Assembly: GCA_963847815.1 (NCBI GenBank)
Contig: CAWKBF010000001.1
Coordinates: 101,184-165,183 of the forward strand
DNA: 64,000 bases
Source: an uncultured Acidimicrobiia bacterium
Lineage (GTDB): Bacteria; Actinomycetota; Acidimicrobiia; IMCC26256; JAENVU01
Direction: 5' to 3'
Positions 63,045 to 64,000 of this stretch are shown here, in pieces (the first letter of the stretch is position 1; each line of letters starts with the position of its first letter). The position numbers were made by a program, and so were the translations under genes. Under the pieces are notes generated by a model. The model searched no databases. It was not told the origin of the DNA and saw only the letters and a list, made by a program, of their open reading frames with translations.

Positions 63045-63414
63045 CCCGCGGGGATCGGGCGTGTGAACGCCGGATGATTCACAGATGACGGCACCGAGTC
63101 ATTCAGCCTGGGGTCAGGAAGATGGACTCACCCGACGCGGCTTCGTCGGCGCGGAGGCGCTCCGCGAGTCTGGAGCCCGCGGGTCGTCGTGCTTCCAATC
63201 CGGGCCAGCTCGGAGCGCCTGGGCACGGTGGTGCTCGCCAACTCCTGCCCGGTGCAGATCACCGGGACGGACATCGAGCCCTCGAGCTCCTGGTCAGCCG
63301 CCTCGCTGCCATCCTCTCCGCGTCTCTCCGGAGCCCGGGCGCTCGACGTTGAATCAGAGGCACGTGGGTTAGGTGGTGCGTCAGTCGGGAAGCCTCCCGG
63401 GATGACGCGGACGC

Positions 63415-64000
63415 GTGCTGCCCGAGCTACCGGTCCTGGATCTCTCCGACTACCAGCACGGCGGCGGGGGACGAGGGATCGACGCGGCCCGCCGGCTCGG
63501 CCCGGACGGGGTGATCGAGCATCTCCGCGCGTCCGGGCTCCGAGGCCGGGGTGGCGCCGGGTTCCCGACCGGGGAGAAGTGGGCTGCGGTGCGCGCGTAC
63601 GCGTCCGATGCACTGGCGGCCACTGTCGTCGTGAACGCAGCCGAAGGCGAGCCGGGATCGTTCAAGGACCGCGCGCTGCTCCGCGCCAACCCGTTCGCAG
63701 TGATCGAGGGCGCGTTGATCGCCGCGGGTGCCATCGGCGCCCGCCGCGTGATCGTCGCGTCGAAGGAATCGTTCACGACCGAGATGGAGATCATTCGCGC
63801 GAGCATCGCCGCCGTGATCGAAGCGGGCTGGAGCGAGGGGATCGAGCTGTTCGCGTTCGCCGGACCGGGCGAGTACCTCTACGGCGAGGAGACGGCGCTG
63901 CTCGAGGCGATCGACGGACGTCCCCCCTTCCCCCGCGTGGCGCCGCCGTACCGACACGGGGTCGAGGAGGTCACTGACAACCGGCGCAGTGAGCCATCGC
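63415..64000 (+). CDS. NuoF-like NADH-binding flavoprotein subunit (3' end outside window)
   Basis: This frame is absent from the ORF track because it runs off the window. My translation from GTG 63415 gives VLPELPVLDLSDYQHGG...GLRGRGGAGFPTGEKW...VVNAAEGEPGSFKDRALL...YGEETALLEAIDG, the hallmark motifs of the 51-kDa/NuoF family. Confidence 0.75.
   Translation, partial: MLPELPVLDLSDYQHGGGGRGIDAARRLGPDGVIEHLRASGLRGRGGAGFPTGEKWAAVRAYASDALAATVVVNAAEGEPGSFKDRALLRANPFAVIEGALIAAGAIGARRVIVASKESFTTEMEIIRASIAAVIEAGWSEGIELFAFAGPGEYLYGEETALLEAIDGRPPFPRVAPPYRHGVEEVTDNRRSEPS

Noticed and set aside
63045-63414. Calling a guanidine-I (ykkC) riboswitch upstream of the carboxylase operon
   Set aside because: Only partial look-alikes of the conserved blocks are present, and in the wrong order. 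I cannot run a covariance model, so no RNA feature is reported.

Overview
High-GC (about 70% G+C by eye) Actinomycetota-type chromosomal segment. It is densely coding on both strands, with about 55 protein genes. I saw no rRNA or tRNA genes, no transposase, integrase or phage genes, and no CRISPR array. There are three blocks. (i) 1-21.8 kb is a mix of ordinary genes: a DUF1800/DUF1501 pair, RumA-type RNA methyltransferase, GH5 lipoprotein, SDRs, an orphan Anbu proteasome homologue, a large polytopic membrane protein, DUF4118 plus APC permease, zwf, sulfotransferase/DUF1214, DUF4230, and an F420-type LLM oxidoreductase. (ii) 21.8-33.6 kb is a c-di-GMP and phosphorelay block: a membrane GGDEF-like/EAL protein, DUF2252, and a four-gene minus-strand operon joined by ATGA overlaps (HAMP-GAF hybrid kinase, then REC-PAS hybrid kinase with Hpt, then REC-Hpt, then REC-GGDEF). 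(iii) 33.8-63 kb is an accessory nitrogen-compound catabolic island. It holds a GS-like ligase with a C26 gamma-glutamyl hydrolase, a creatininase-family amidohydrolase, an isochorismatase-like hydrolase, two TauD-type dioxygenases, two Rieske alpha subunits with no visible partners, two family-5 binding proteins with one ABC importer, a TetR regulator, two MBL hydrolases, and a urea/guanidine carboxylase operon (two DUF1989 genes, carboxylase, allophanate hydrolase) plus a third DUF1989 paralogue. This island is my best candidate for an undescribed system. The main anomaly is about 60 reading-frame changes and 2 in-frame stops in 14 genes. They fall in patches between 28.7 and 57.5 kb, with only one in the first 27 kb. 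Most are +1-type, and the damaged genes remain full length with intact motifs. I cannot tell from sequence alone whether this is assembly error or recent pseudogenisation. All family assignments rest on motif recognition by eye; no searches were run.
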